NCBI RefSeq assembly: GCF_965276855.1
Contig: NZ_OZ255700.1
Coordinates: 2,912,971 to 2,976,970 of the forward strand
Reading direction: 5' to 3'
Source: Roseibium sp.
GTDB lineage: Bacteria; Pseudomonadota; Alphaproteobacteria; Rhizobiales; Stappiaceae
Length of the DNA: 64,000 bases
Part shown: positions 1 through 8,937 of the stretch, one piece after another
Layout of the letters: the number at the start of each line of letters is the position of its first letter
Position numbering within the stretch: position 1 is the stretch's first letter
Notes under the pieces: model-generated
The model's database searches: none
Seen by the model: the letters and a program-made list of their open reading frames with translations, nothing else
Told to the model about the DNA's origin: nothing
Translations under genes and position numbers: made by a program

Positions 1-2943
1 AAAGGACTTCTGACCTGCGCGCCCCTTGTTCGGGCCACTTTTGCCAGGTTTGCCGTGGCGACGTTCACCAGGAGCGCCTTTGGGACCTTGCTGCTTGCGA
101 TTGTCACCGCCCCGGCGTTGGTCCTGACGGCCGCGCGGGCGGCGGTCGTGACGGCCTGGGCGCCAGATTTCGATGGTAACAGTTTCCATTTCCGGTTCGC
201 TGGCCGGTGTTGGTTCTGCCGTCTGGGCATCCTCGGTTTCTGGAGTTGGTGCCTCTGCGGACGTTTCAGCGTCGGCAGTCGCAGGCGCTTCTTCGGCAGC
301 TTGTTCTACTGCAGAAGTGTCAGAGGCTTCAGCTGTTTCCGTTGCGGCAGCTTCGGTCTCAGCACTTTCGGCAGGCGCCTCTTCCTCAGTCGCAGGTGTG
401 TCCTCAACTGCAGCGGGTTCGGCTGTGTTTGGCGTCACTTCTGTCGCGTCGGTTTTTGGTGCTGCCGGACGCTGCACTTCCTTGGTCTCAAGACGGTAGC
501 CGAGGGACTTCAGAACAGCGGAAAAATCTTCGCCTGCGCAGCCCAGCAAAGACGTCATGGCAACCGTCACGGTAAAGCCGCCACCGGTTTCGATTGCCCC
601 TTCTGGCGGAGCGACTTCGCTGTCGAGCGGTTTCCAGGCAATCAGCGGCCGAATGAGATCGGCAAGACGCTCCAGAATGTCAACGCGTACGGCCCGCGGG
701 CCGCACACGCGGAACCCGACAACCTTGTAAAGTGCCGGTTGGATCTCCGGATTGACCGGTATGGATGTGCGGCCTGAGGCGGACAATTGCGGCAGTTCTT
801 CCATGCCGTTCATGTCCAACTCGCCGTGCTTCAGCGCCCAAAGCTGGGCCAGCAACTGGCTTGGAGCCGGTTTCAGAAGTGCCGGAACAAAAATCGTGTA
901 AGCGCCGAAGCGGACACCGTGCTTGCGCAAGGATGCGCGCATATCCTGGTCCAGCTGACGGATTTCATCGGATGCTTCCTGACGTTCCAGGATGCCGAGG
1001 CCTTCGACGATCCGGAATGCAATGCCGCGCGCGAGGCCCTCGAGCCCTTCACCGGATTTCAGGTCCATCAGCGGTTTCAAAAGAGTATCAACCTGGGCCT
1101 TGACCCAAAGATCAAGACGGTTCTGCACGGTGTCGCGCGCTGGACCGGTCAGGTGCTCGTCGGCCAAAAGCAGAGCTGCCGGGGCCAGAACGTCGTCGGT
1201 CGGGGACAGTTTTGCCACCGGTTCACCGCGCCAGCGGATGGCGCCATCCGATGTCAGGACAAAATCACTGTTCTCTGATTTGCCAAGCTTTTCCGCACGG
1301 GATTCGATTTCCGTGGTCAGGGCTTTTTGTGCGGCAGCACGGACCGTTTTTCCGTCCGGGCCTTCGGCCGCCGCATCAGGGGCAAACCGGAAGCCAAGCA
1401 GATTCCCGATGTGCTGACCTTCGACGAGCACATCCCCACTCGATGTAATTTCCGCTTCCAGCATTGCGTTCTCTCTCAAACGTCGCATCAATACACTTGT
1501 CCGCCGATCCACGAACCGCTGTGTCAGCCGGTCGTGAAGGGCGTCAGATAGTTTGTCTTCTATGCCGCGGGTCACGTCCTGCCAATGGGCCGGATCGGCC
1601 AGCCAGTTAGGGCGGTTCGCGACATATGTCCAGGTCCGGATGTGAGCGATCCGGTTCGCGAGTGTGTCGATATCACCATCTACACGGTCTGCGAAGGCTA
1701 ATTGACGGGCGAACCAGTCATCTTCAATCGCATTGTGGCGCATCAGGTGATTGTAAATGGTTGCCAGAAGGTCCCCATGATTGGCTGGGGCTATCTTCCG
1801 GTAATCGGGGACCTGACACACATCCCATAGCAGTTCTACTGATTTTGCGCCCTTTGCCATGTCAGAAATTGCGCTATCGCGCAATAAATGTTCAAGCGCC
1901 GTGATGTCGTCGCCTGTAGGCGCGCGGGCCAAACCCTCTTCCCGAGGCGGCAAATCAAGGCTGCGGCGCAATGCATTGGTGGATGAAAAATCCAAAGCAC
2001 TGTTGCGCCATTGCAGCACTTTCAGGCTGTCAAAATGGTGGCTTTCGATCTGTTCGATCAAATCATCGTCCAGCGGATCGACGCGGCCGGTGACCCCGAA
2101 GGTGCCGTCTTTAGTGTGGCGTCCGGCCCGTCCGGCGATCTGACCCATCTCCGAAGGCGTCAGTTGGCGGTACTGATACCCGTCATATTTCCGGTTGCCG
2201 GCAAAGGCGATGTGATGGACATCCAGATTAAGGCCCATGCCGATTGCGTCAGTGGCTACCAGATGATCGACATCGCCGTTCTGGAACAGGTCGACCTGGG
2301 CATTCCGGGTTCTTGGGCTCAGCGAGCCAAGGACCACCGCCGCCCCGCCCCGCTGGCGGCGCAAGAGTTCGGCGATCGAGTAAACCTCATCGGATGAAAA
2401 TGCGACGATGGCTGACCGTGCAGGCAGGCGGGAGACCTTTTTCGAACCAGCATAAGAGAGGATCGACATGCGCGGACGGGTGACGACATTCAGGCCCGGG
2501 ATCAGCTTTTCAAGAAGCGGGCGTGCTGTGGCAGACCCCAAAAGGAGTGTTTCAGAGCGGCCGCGCAAGTTCAGGATCCTGTCCGTGAAGACGTGGCCGC
2601 GGTCGAGATTTCCGGCCAGCTGCACTTCGTCGATGGCGACAAACTCGGTGTTCAGATCGAGCGGCATGGCCTCAACCGTGGACACCCAGAACCGCGGCTG
2701 TTTCGGAATGATCTTCTCTTCGCCGGTGATCAAGGCAACGGCGTCAGTCCCGGCGCGTTCAGCAATCCGTCCATAAACCTCCCGTGCCAAGAGCCGCAAC
2801 GGCAGCCCGATCAAGCCCGACGGCTGCGCCAGCATGCGCTCGATCGCAAGGTGCGTCTTGCCGGTGTTGGTTGGCCCGAGCACGGCCGTAACCGTGCGTG
2901 AGCGGGCGCTCGGCGGTAATTGCAGGGTTTGGGGGCGGGACAT
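1..2943 (-). CDS. MgpS/SUV3-like superfamily 2 helicase (3' end beyond window)
   Basis: Absent from ORF track (open at the edge). Manual translation from ATG 2943: MSRPQTLQLPPSARSRTVTAVLGPTNTGKTHL (Walker A), AIDEVQL (Walker B), ATDAIGMGLNL, QIAGRAGR (motif VI), then an acidic Ala/Glu/Thr linker and a basic tail. Confidence 0.9.
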   Translation of the reverse strand, partial: MSRPQTLQLPPSARSRTVTAVLGPTNTGKTHLAIERMLAQPSGLIGLPLRLLAREVYGRIAERAGTDAVALITGEEKIIPKQPRFWVSTVEAMPLDLNTEFVAIDEVQLAGNLDRGHVFTDRILNLRGRSETLLLGSATARPLLEKLIPGLNVVTRPRMSILSYAGSKKVSRLPARSAIVAFSSDEVYSIAELLRRQRGGAAVVLGSLSPRTRNAQVDLFQNGDVDHLVATDAIGMGLNLDVHHIAFAGNRKYDGYQYRQLTPSEMGQIAGRAGRHTKDGTFGVTGRVDPLDDDLIEQIESHHFDSLKVLQWRNSALDFSSTNALRRSLDLPPREEGLARAPTGDDITALEHLLRDSAISDMAKGAKSVELLWDVCQVPDYRKIAPANHGDLLATIYNHLMRHNAIEDDWFARQLAFADRVDGDIDTLANRIAHIRTWTYVANRPNWLADPAHWQDVTRGIEDKLSDALHDRLTQRFVDRRTSVLMRRLRENAMLEAEITSSGDVLVEGQHIGNLLGFRFAPDAAAEGPDGKTVRAAAQKALTTEIESRAEKLGKSENSDFVLTSDGAIRWRGEPVAKLSPTDDVLAPAALLLADEHLTGPARDTVQNRLDLWVKAQVDTLLKPLMDLKSGEGLEGLARGIAFRIVEGLGILERQEASDEIRQLDQDMRASLRKHGVRFGAYTIFVPALLKPAPSQLLAQLWALKHGELDMNGMEELPQLSASGRTSIPVNPEIQPALYKVVGFRVCGPRAVRVDILERLADLIRPLIAWKPLDSEVAPPEGAIETGGGFTVTVAMTSLLGCAGEDFSAVLKSLGYRLETKEVQRPAAPKTDATEVTPNTAEPAAVEDTPATEEEAPAESAETEAAATETAEASDTSAVEQAAEEAPATADAETSAEAPTPETEDAQTAEPTPASEPEMETVTIEIWRPGRHDRRPRGRQDQRRGGDNRKQQGPKGAPGERRHGKPGKSGPNKGRAGQKSF

Positions 2944-3126
2944 AGAGGTGATGCGGTCAGAAATCTCAGTGTTTGGCGCGCCGTTCCGGCGGCCTGCTCT
3001 CCCAAGGCACGTGCCCTGAACTCGGATGCGCGTGTCTAGCATAGGCGTTGTGGCTCTGTCCTGCCCTTTTTCGACGCGCTCTCGCTATTCCTTTGTTGGA
3101 TCAATGTGTATCCAGAAAGTTGTGGA

Positions 3127-3141
3127 GAACGACTCTGGAAC
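3127..3141. promoter_or_regulatory. Alphaproteobacterial LexA (SOS) box GAAC-N7-GAAC
   Basis: GAAC-GACTCTG-GAAC(AAA), about 185 bp upstream of the helicase. One-mismatch copies at 3172-3186 and 3400-3414. Confidence 0.5.
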
Positions 3142-3767
3142 AAACCGAAACCGAATCGCGGACTCTTGGGGATTCAGGATTTGTTCCCTACGAAATGTGG
3201 ATTTGAATCCATCTTTTAGTACGAAATGCTGAGTCTGGTCAGGGATTTGCGCCAAATCACCCTGAGGCTGAAGTTCAGGGCAAAAAACCTGTCAATCTCC
3301 AAATCAAAAAAAGATTCGTTTTTCGGGCATGCTGCGCCTTTCGCCATTAACCATGGACACATGCAGAACGAATCGCTGACGAATCGGTGTTTTGATCATG
3401 TTTTTGATTTGTTCCTACCCGATCTGGTAGGTTGTCTTCTCGAAAGACCAATTGGGCGCCTAAAAAATTTCCCGTGTGTTTACGATTTTCCGCGTCGGTG
3501 ACGGGAGAGTGTTTCAGATTGGGGCGTGGTTTGGCGTTCGCACTGCGAAGTGAAACGGGCCGACAGCAGAAAAATCTCCCATAAGTGCTCATCCCCTGGC
3601 GTAGGATTTGTGCCCATTTTTCCAAGGTTTATCGCCGTCAGAGCAAAAATATTTCACTTTCTGGAAAAAGGACAAGCATGCTGCCCCTTTTCAATTGGCT
3701 TCGACGTAAGTAGAAATCTTGCCGAAATGTGCCTTGCATGTTGCGGATTATTAGGGGGAGTGGGCGT

Positions 3768-6700
3768 TTGGCGATAAGAAAAATTCTCGTTGCGAACCGG
3801 TCTGAAATTGCAATCCGGGTTTTCCGGGCTGCCAACGAACTCGGTCTGAAGACCGTTGCGATCTATGCCGAGCAAGACAAACTGGCTCTGCATCGGTTCA
3901 AGGCTGATGAGGCGTATCAGGTCGGCAAGGGGCTTGGCCCGATCGAGGCCTATTTGTCCATCGACGAGATTATTCGTGTTGCCAAACATTCCAACGCTGA
4001 TGCCATCCACCCGGGCTACGGCCTGTTATCGGAAAGCCCGGAATTCGTGGACGCCTGCGAAACGGCCGGGATCACCTTTATCGGACCGAAATCCGAGACA
4101 ATGCGCCGTTTGGGCAACAAGGTGGCCGCACGGAACCTGGCAATTGAGGCTGGCGTACCCGTCATGCCGGCAACGGACCCGCTTCCTGATGATCTGAATG
4201 AGATCAAGAAGCAGGCTCTGGAGATCGGCTACCCGGTGATGTTGAAAGCGTCCTGGGGCGGCGGTGGCCGTGGCATGCGGGTCATTCCGGATGAAGCGAC
4301 CCTTGAAAAGGAAGTGCTGGCTGCCAAGCGGGAAGCCAAGGCCGCCTTCGGCAAGGACGAGATTTATCTGGAGAAACTGGTTCAACGGGCGCGCCACGTC
4401 GAAGTCCAGATCCTTGGGGACGGTGAAACCGTTGTCCATCTCTTCGAGCGGGATTGCTCGATCCAGCGGCGCCACCAAAAGGTGGTCGAGCGGGCCCCGG
4501 CACCTTATCTCGATGAGGCCAAGCGCGCCGAGCTTTGCGAGTACGGTCTGAAAATCGGTCGGGCGGTGAACTATCGCGGCGCGGGCACTGTCGAGTTCTT
4601 GATGGATGCAGACACGGGCGCGATTTACTTCATCGAGGTCAACCCTCGGGTCCAGGTCGAGCACACGGTGACCGAAGAAGTCACCGGCATCGATATCGTC
4701 CAGGCACAGATCCACATCGCAGATGGAGAAAAGATCGGAACGCCGGAAAGCGGTGTGCCGGCGCAGGAGAACATCCGCCTTAACGGTCATGCGCTGCAAT
4801 GCCGGATCACCACGGAAGATCCGGAGCAGAATTTCATTCCGGATTATGGCCGCATCACCGCGTATCGCGGCGCGACCGGTTTCGGTATTCGTCTCGATGG
4901 CGGGACCGCCTATTCAGGGGCGGTGATCACCCGGTTCTATGATCCGCTTCTTGAAAAAGTGACGGCCTGGGCGCCGACGGCCGAAGATGCGCGCAAACGC
5001 ATGGACCGCGCCTTGCGCGAGTTCCGGATCCGCGGAGTTGCGACCAATCTGGTGTTTTTGGAAAACATCATCGATCATGCCGATTTCCGCGCCCAGACCT
5101 ATACCACCCGCTTCATCGACGACACGCCCGCGCTGTTTGAACAGACAAAACGCCAGGATCGTGCAACCAAGCTGCTCACCTATATCGCCGATGTCTCGGT
5201 GAACGGGCATCCGGAAACCAAAGACCGGGTCCGTCCGCCGAAGGATGCTGCTGCGCCGGTCGTGCCGGATTTCGGTGATGAGAAACCGAAGGGAACGCGG
5301 CAGCTTCTGGATGAGCTCGGTCCGAAAGGTTTCGCTGACTGGATGAAGTCGGAAAAAAGAGCGCTTCTCACCGACACGACCATGCGTGACGGCCACCAGT
5401 CTTTGCTGGCGACCCGCATGCGCTCCCACGACATCGTCAACATCGCAGATGCTTATGCGACCGGTCTGCCGACGCTCTTTTCCCTGGAATGCTGGGGCGG
5501 TGCCACATTCGACGTGTCTATGCGTTTCTTGACGGAAAGCCCCTGGGAGCGGCTGCATCAGATCCGCGAGCGTGCGCCGAATATCCTGCTTCAGATGCTG
5601 TTGCGGGGCTCGAACGGGGTTGGTTACACCAACTATCCGGACAATGTGGTCAAGTTCTTCGTCCATCAGGCGGCCGAAAACGGCGTGGATCTTTTCCGCG
5701 TCTTTGACTGTCTGAACTGGGTTGAGAATATGCGCGTTTCCATGGATGCGGTCCAGGAAACCGGCAAACTCTGCGAGGGTGTGCTCTGCTACACCGGCGA
5801 CATGCTGGATAGTGCGCGCCCGAAGTATGATCTGAAATACTACATCAATCTGGCCAAGGAACTGGAGGCAGCCGGTGCCCATATCCTTGGCATCAAGGAC
5901 ATGGCAGGGTTGTTGAAGCCGCAGGCTGCCAAGATCCTGGTGAAAGCACTGAAAGAAGAGGTCGGCCTGCCGATCCACTTCCACACCCATGACACCTCCG
6001 GCATTGCGGCCTCCACCATTTTGGCAGCCGTCGAAGCCGGGGTCGATGCAGTCGATGCGGCCATGGATGCCTTGTCCGGTCTGACGTCGCAGCCGTGCCT
6101 TGGATCTATTGTCGAGGCGCTGCGGGGCACGGACCGGGATACCGGACTTGATGCAGCGACAATCCGCCAGATTTCCTTCTATTGGGAAGCTGTTCGCGCG
6201 CAATACAGGGCCTTTGAGAGCGACCTTCGCTCAGGAGCCTCAGAGGTTTATTTGCACGAAATGCCGGGCGGCCAGTTCACCAACCTGAAGGAACAGGCGC
6301 GGTCCCTCGGTCTTGAAACCCGTTGGCACGAAGTTGCTCAGGCTTATGCCGATGCCAACCAGATGTTTGGCGACATCGTCAAAGTGACGCCGTCCTCCAA
6401 GGTGGTTGGCGATATGGCGCTGATGATGGTGAGTCAGGGTCTGAGCGTTGCCGATGTCGAAGATCCTGCCAAGGACGTTGCCTTCCCGGACAGCGTCGTG
6501 AAGATGCTGCACGGTGACCTCGGTCAGTCTCCTGGCGGATGGCCACAAGCGCTCCAGGACAAGGCGCTTAAAGGCGAAAAGCCGATTACGGTGCGGCCGG
6601 GCTCGTTGCTGGATGATTCAGACCTTGAAGCGGAACGGGCCGCTGCCGCTGCCGCGACGGGTCATGACATCGATGACGCTGAGCTCGCGTCCTATCTGAT

Positions 6701-7208
6701 GTACCCGAAGGTCTTCACCGATTTCGACAAGGCGCAGCAGCAATATGGACCAACCTCCGTGCTGCCGACGCCGGTCTATTTCTACGGTCTCGAAGCAGGC
6801 GACGAGATTTTTGTTGACCTGGAACCCGGCAAGACACTCGTGGTGCGCTGTCAGGCGATTGGCGAAACCGATGAGAAGGGCGAGAAGAAGGTTTTCTTCG
6901 AGCTCAACGGTCAGCCGCGCAACGTCAAGGTTCCGGACCGGGCGCATGGTGCTGTCGGCGCCGCCGCCATGAGGAAGGCGGAAGACGGCAATGCGGCCCA
7001 TGTTGGCGCGCCAATGCCGGGCGTTATCTCCACGGTTGCGATTGCTGCCGGACAGGAGGTCAAGGCCGGTGATGTGCTCGTCTCGATCGAAGCCATGAAG
7101 ATGGAAACCGCCCTTCACGCCGAGCGCGACGGCAAGGTCTCCGAAGTGCTGGTAAGTCCGGGCGCCCAGATCGACGCCAAGGATCTTCTGGTGGTCTTCG
7201 AGGCATAA
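3768..7208 (+). CDS. pyc: Pyruvate carboxylase
   Basis: Biotin carboxylase N-terminus (KILVANRSEIA, IHPGYGLLSE, KASWGGGGRGMR), carboxyltransferase domain (RDGHQSL, HFHTHD), biotinyl domain IEAMKME. Likely TTG start at 3768 after GGGGAG. Confidence 0.98.
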   Translation: MAIRKILVANRSEIAIRVFRAANELGLKTVAIYAEQDKLALHRFKADEAYQVGKGLGPIEAYLSIDEIIRVAKHSNADAIHPGYGLLSESPEFVDACETAGITFIGPKSETMRRLGNKVAARNLAIEAGVPVMPATDPLPDDLNEIKKQALEIGYPVMLKASWGGGGRGMRVIPDEATLEKEVLAAKREAKAAFGKDEIYLEKLVQRARHVEVQILGDGETVVHLFERDCSIQRRHQKVVERAPAPYLDEAKRAELCEYGLKIGRAVNYRGAGTVEFLMDADTGAIYFIEVNPRVQVEHTVTEEVTGIDIVQAQIHIADGEKIGTPESGVPAQENIRLNGHALQCRITTEDPEQNFIPDYGRITAYRGATGFGIRLDGGTAYSGAVITRFYDPLLEKVTAWAPTAEDARKRMDRALREFRIRGVATNLVFLENIIDHADFRAQTYTTRFIDDTPALFEQTKRQDRATKLLTYIADVSVNGHPETKDRVRPPKDAAAPVVPDFGDEKPKGTRQLLDELGPKGFADWMKSEKRALLTDTTMRDGHQSLLATRMRSHDIVNIADAYATGLPTLFSLECWGGATFDVSMRFLTESPWERLHQIRERAPNILLQMLLRGSNGVGYTNYPDNVVKFFVHQAAENGVDLFRVFDCLNWVENMRVSMDAVQETGKLCEGVLCYTGDMLDSARPKYDLKYYINLAKELEAAGAHILGIKDMAGLLKPQAAKILVKALKEEVGLPIHFHTHDTSGIAASTILAAVEAGVDAVDAAMDALSGLTSQPCLGSIVEALRGTDRDTGLDAATIRQISFYWEAVRAQYRAFESDLRSGASEVYLHEMPGGQFTNLKEQARSLGLETRWHEVAQAYADANQMFGDIVKVTPSSKVVGDMALMMVSQGLSVADVEDPAKDVAFPDSVVKMLHGDLGQSPGGWPQALQDKALKGEKPITVRPGSLLDDSDLEAERAAAAAATGHDIDDAELASYLMYPKVFTDFDKAQQQYGPTSVLPTPVYFYGLEAGDEIFVDLEPGKTLVVRCQAIGETDEKGEKKVFFELNGQPRNVKVPDRAHGAVGAAAMRKAEDGNAAHVGAPMPGVISTVAIAAGQEVKAGDVLVSIEAMKMETALHAERDGKVSEVLVSPGAQIDAKDLLVVFEA

Positions 7209-7210
7209 AT

Positions 7211-7235
7211 AAAGGGCCGCGCAAGCGGCCCTTTT
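7211..7235. terminator. Bidirectional intrinsic terminator
   Basis: AAAGGGCCGC-GCAA-GCGGCCCTTTT between convergent pyc and the amidotransferase gene. Confidence 0.85.
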
Positions 7236-7262
7236 ACTACACTAAGCGATGCAAAGAGCGGC

Positions 7263-8018
7263 TTACTCGGCTGCTTTCAAGCGGTTGTGCTGAACAGGGG
7301 CTTCGGCGGTGCCGATCCAAAGGTCCAGAAATCGGTCCAGCCAGGCACGAACCGCGGTGTCGTAGACGAACCGCCCGGCAAAATGATCGCGGCGCTGCTG
7401 CGCGCCGGGCAGTTCCATCCGCGGGGCACCCTTGGTGGTCCATTTCACCATCATCTGGTGGGTGAGTTCCGGGTGGAACTGGATCCCGTAAGCTGCCGGT
7501 CCAACGCGAATGGCCTGGTTGGGGTAGGTTGGGCTGGTTGCCAGCAAGTCCGCGCCCGACGGCAGATCGAACCCTTCCCGGTGCCACTGGTACACTTTCT
7601 TGGGCCAATCCATCAGGTCTTTGCCCGCATTGGTTGGTTTCAGCGGGTAATAGCCGATTTCGACCAGTTCATCCCTGTGGCCGGAAACTGTGCCGCCAAG
7701 CTGCTTCACCATCATCTGCGCCCCAAGGCAAATGCCGAGAAACGGCGCTTGTTCCTGGAGTGGCACCTTGATCCAGTCGATTTCCTTGTGAACGAAGCCG
7801 TCCGGGTCGTTGGCGCTCATCGGGCCGCCAAAGATAACGGCACCGGCATGGCCGCTCATGGTGTCCGGCAGGCTGTCACCGAAGCGGGGTTTGCGAATGT
7901 CGAGTGCAAAGCCGCGTTTCACCAGCTCGTGCCCCACCCGTCCGGGCGAGGAATGCTCCTGGTGAAGAACAATGAGCACTTTGGGGCGATACGTTCCGTG
8001 GTTCGAAGAAAAATCCAT
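7263..8018 (-). CDS. Class I glutamine amidotransferase-like protein
   Basis: FGGPMSAND, LGICLGAQ (catalytic Cys), YQWHREG, GIQFHPE (His-x-Glu). Confidence 0.9.
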   Translation of the reverse strand: MDFSSNHGTYRPKVLIVLHQEHSSPGRVGHELVKRGFALDIRKPRFGDSLPDTMSGHAGAVIFGGPMSANDPDGFVHKEIDWIKVPLQEQAPFLGICLGAQMMVKQLGGTVSGHRDELVEIGYYPLKPTNAGKDLMDWPKKVYQWHREGFDLPSGADLLATSPTYPNQAIRVGPAAYGIQFHPELTHQMMVKWTTKGAPRMELPGAQQRRDHFAGRFVYDTAVRAWLDRFLDLWIGTAEAPVQHNRLKAAE

Positions 8019-8111
8019 AGATCCAATATTAGCGAGCGGCTTGAAAAAATCGAGTCTCTTGCGCGGGTTGGTTGCGTCTCAATTGTGATAAAGCCTCAAG
8101 ATTTCTGAGCA

Positions 8112-8585
8112 TCAAGCCTCATCGGCTTCCGGCGCGGTTTTGGCCACCTTGTGGCGCAGTGTCATGCGGTCCCGGGACGAAACCCCCAACAGCTCGGCAA
8201 CGCGCCAAATGGTGTTGTCTTCAAATTCATGAACATGACCGTCCGCATAAACGATTTCCCACATCATTTCGATAATGGCGAGGCGTTCTGCTTCGTCTGT
8301 CGTGCGTTTCAAAACGGACGTGAAGCCGTAAAGATCGACCGCCTCTTCATCGCGCTGTTTGGCCGCTGCGATTAACTCACTGGTCTCTTCGTCCGTGAGT
8401 TCGTAGCGCACCTGCAGGATATGCCGAAGTTTTTCGCTTTCGCTGTCTTCGATGATGCCGTCGATATCAACCAGGTGAAACAGCAGTGCAGCGGCTGCCA
8501 GCCGCTTGTCGTCCTCGGCGAATGTTTTCTTGCCACTGTCTCCGAATGTGATCTCCCGGACGAAGCTTTTCAGCGCGTTCAGCAT
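8112..8585 (-). CDS. TerB family (tellurite-resistance/co-chaperone-like) protein
   Basis: AAAALLFHLVDIDG...E.E and WEIVYADGHVHEFE..IWRVAELLGV, typical of TerB-like proteins. Confidence 0.85.
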   Translation of the reverse strand: MLNALKSFVREITFGDSGKKTFAEDDKRLAAAALLFHLVDIDGIIEDSESEKLRHILQVRYELTDEETSELIAAAKQRDEEAVDLYGFTSVLKRTTDEAERLAIIEMMWEIVYADGHVHEFEDNTIWRVAELLGVSSRDRMTLRHKVAKTAPEADEA

Positions 8586-8766
8586 ACGGTCAGTCCCTAT
8601 TGTTTGGCCGAAGGGTCAGCCATTTGGCAGTGCACTTAGGTGTACTACGTAGTCTCGAACTCTTCTCTTGCCCATTTAGGCTCATTCCATGTTTAGCATC
8701 AAACAGTTGGGAAGCGGTTTAAAACTTTTGAATAGTGCAGAAAAGTGGGTTTTGACCTTCAACTTT

Positions 8767-8783
8767 TTTGGAATCATTCTAAT
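8767..8783. promoter_or_regulatory. Irr box (iron control element)
   Basis: TTTGGAA-TCA-TTCTAAT versus ICE consensus TTTRGAA-N3-TTCYAAA (one mismatch), upstream of irpA. Confidence 0.75.
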
Positions 8784-8808
8784 CAATTGATTTTTCTCAA
8801 GTTTATAA

Positions 8809-8827
8809 CTTGACTTTTTTATTCATG
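8809..8827. promoter_or_regulatory. RirA-type IRO motif (TGA-N9-TCA)
   Basis: CT-TGA-CTTTTTTAT-TCA-TG, AT-rich spacer, upstream of the iron uptake operon. Confidence 0.5.
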
Positions 8828-8937
8828 AAATGTTTTTCACTGTCCGAGCGGCGCAGGATTGCGCTGCGGATTTTTCAAAAAAGCATGCAGATCGGGTCTC
8901 CGGCCGGCTGCATTGCCCCGGATTTAGGAACACTCCA

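Noticed and set aside
170-500. Ala/Glu/Thr/Pro low-complexity repeat-like DNA
   Set aside because: Encodes the disordered acidic linker of the helicase; not a DNA repeat element.
55-2901. Plus-strand ORFs such as 55..777, 787..1278, 2011..2397 and 2593..2901
   Set aside because: Antisense shadows of the minus-strand helicase, which the ORF track missed because it is open at the edge.
3347-3625. 92-aa minus-strand ORF in the helicase-pyc gap
   Set aside because: No motif, RBS or coding-like composition; it overlaps the regulatory motifs.
4914-6203. Long antisense ORFs (429 aa here; also 7287..8108, 10396..11202, 12030..13049, 23020..23817, 24314..25201, 47652..48653)
   Set aside because: Typical high-GC antisense frames opposite well-supported genes.
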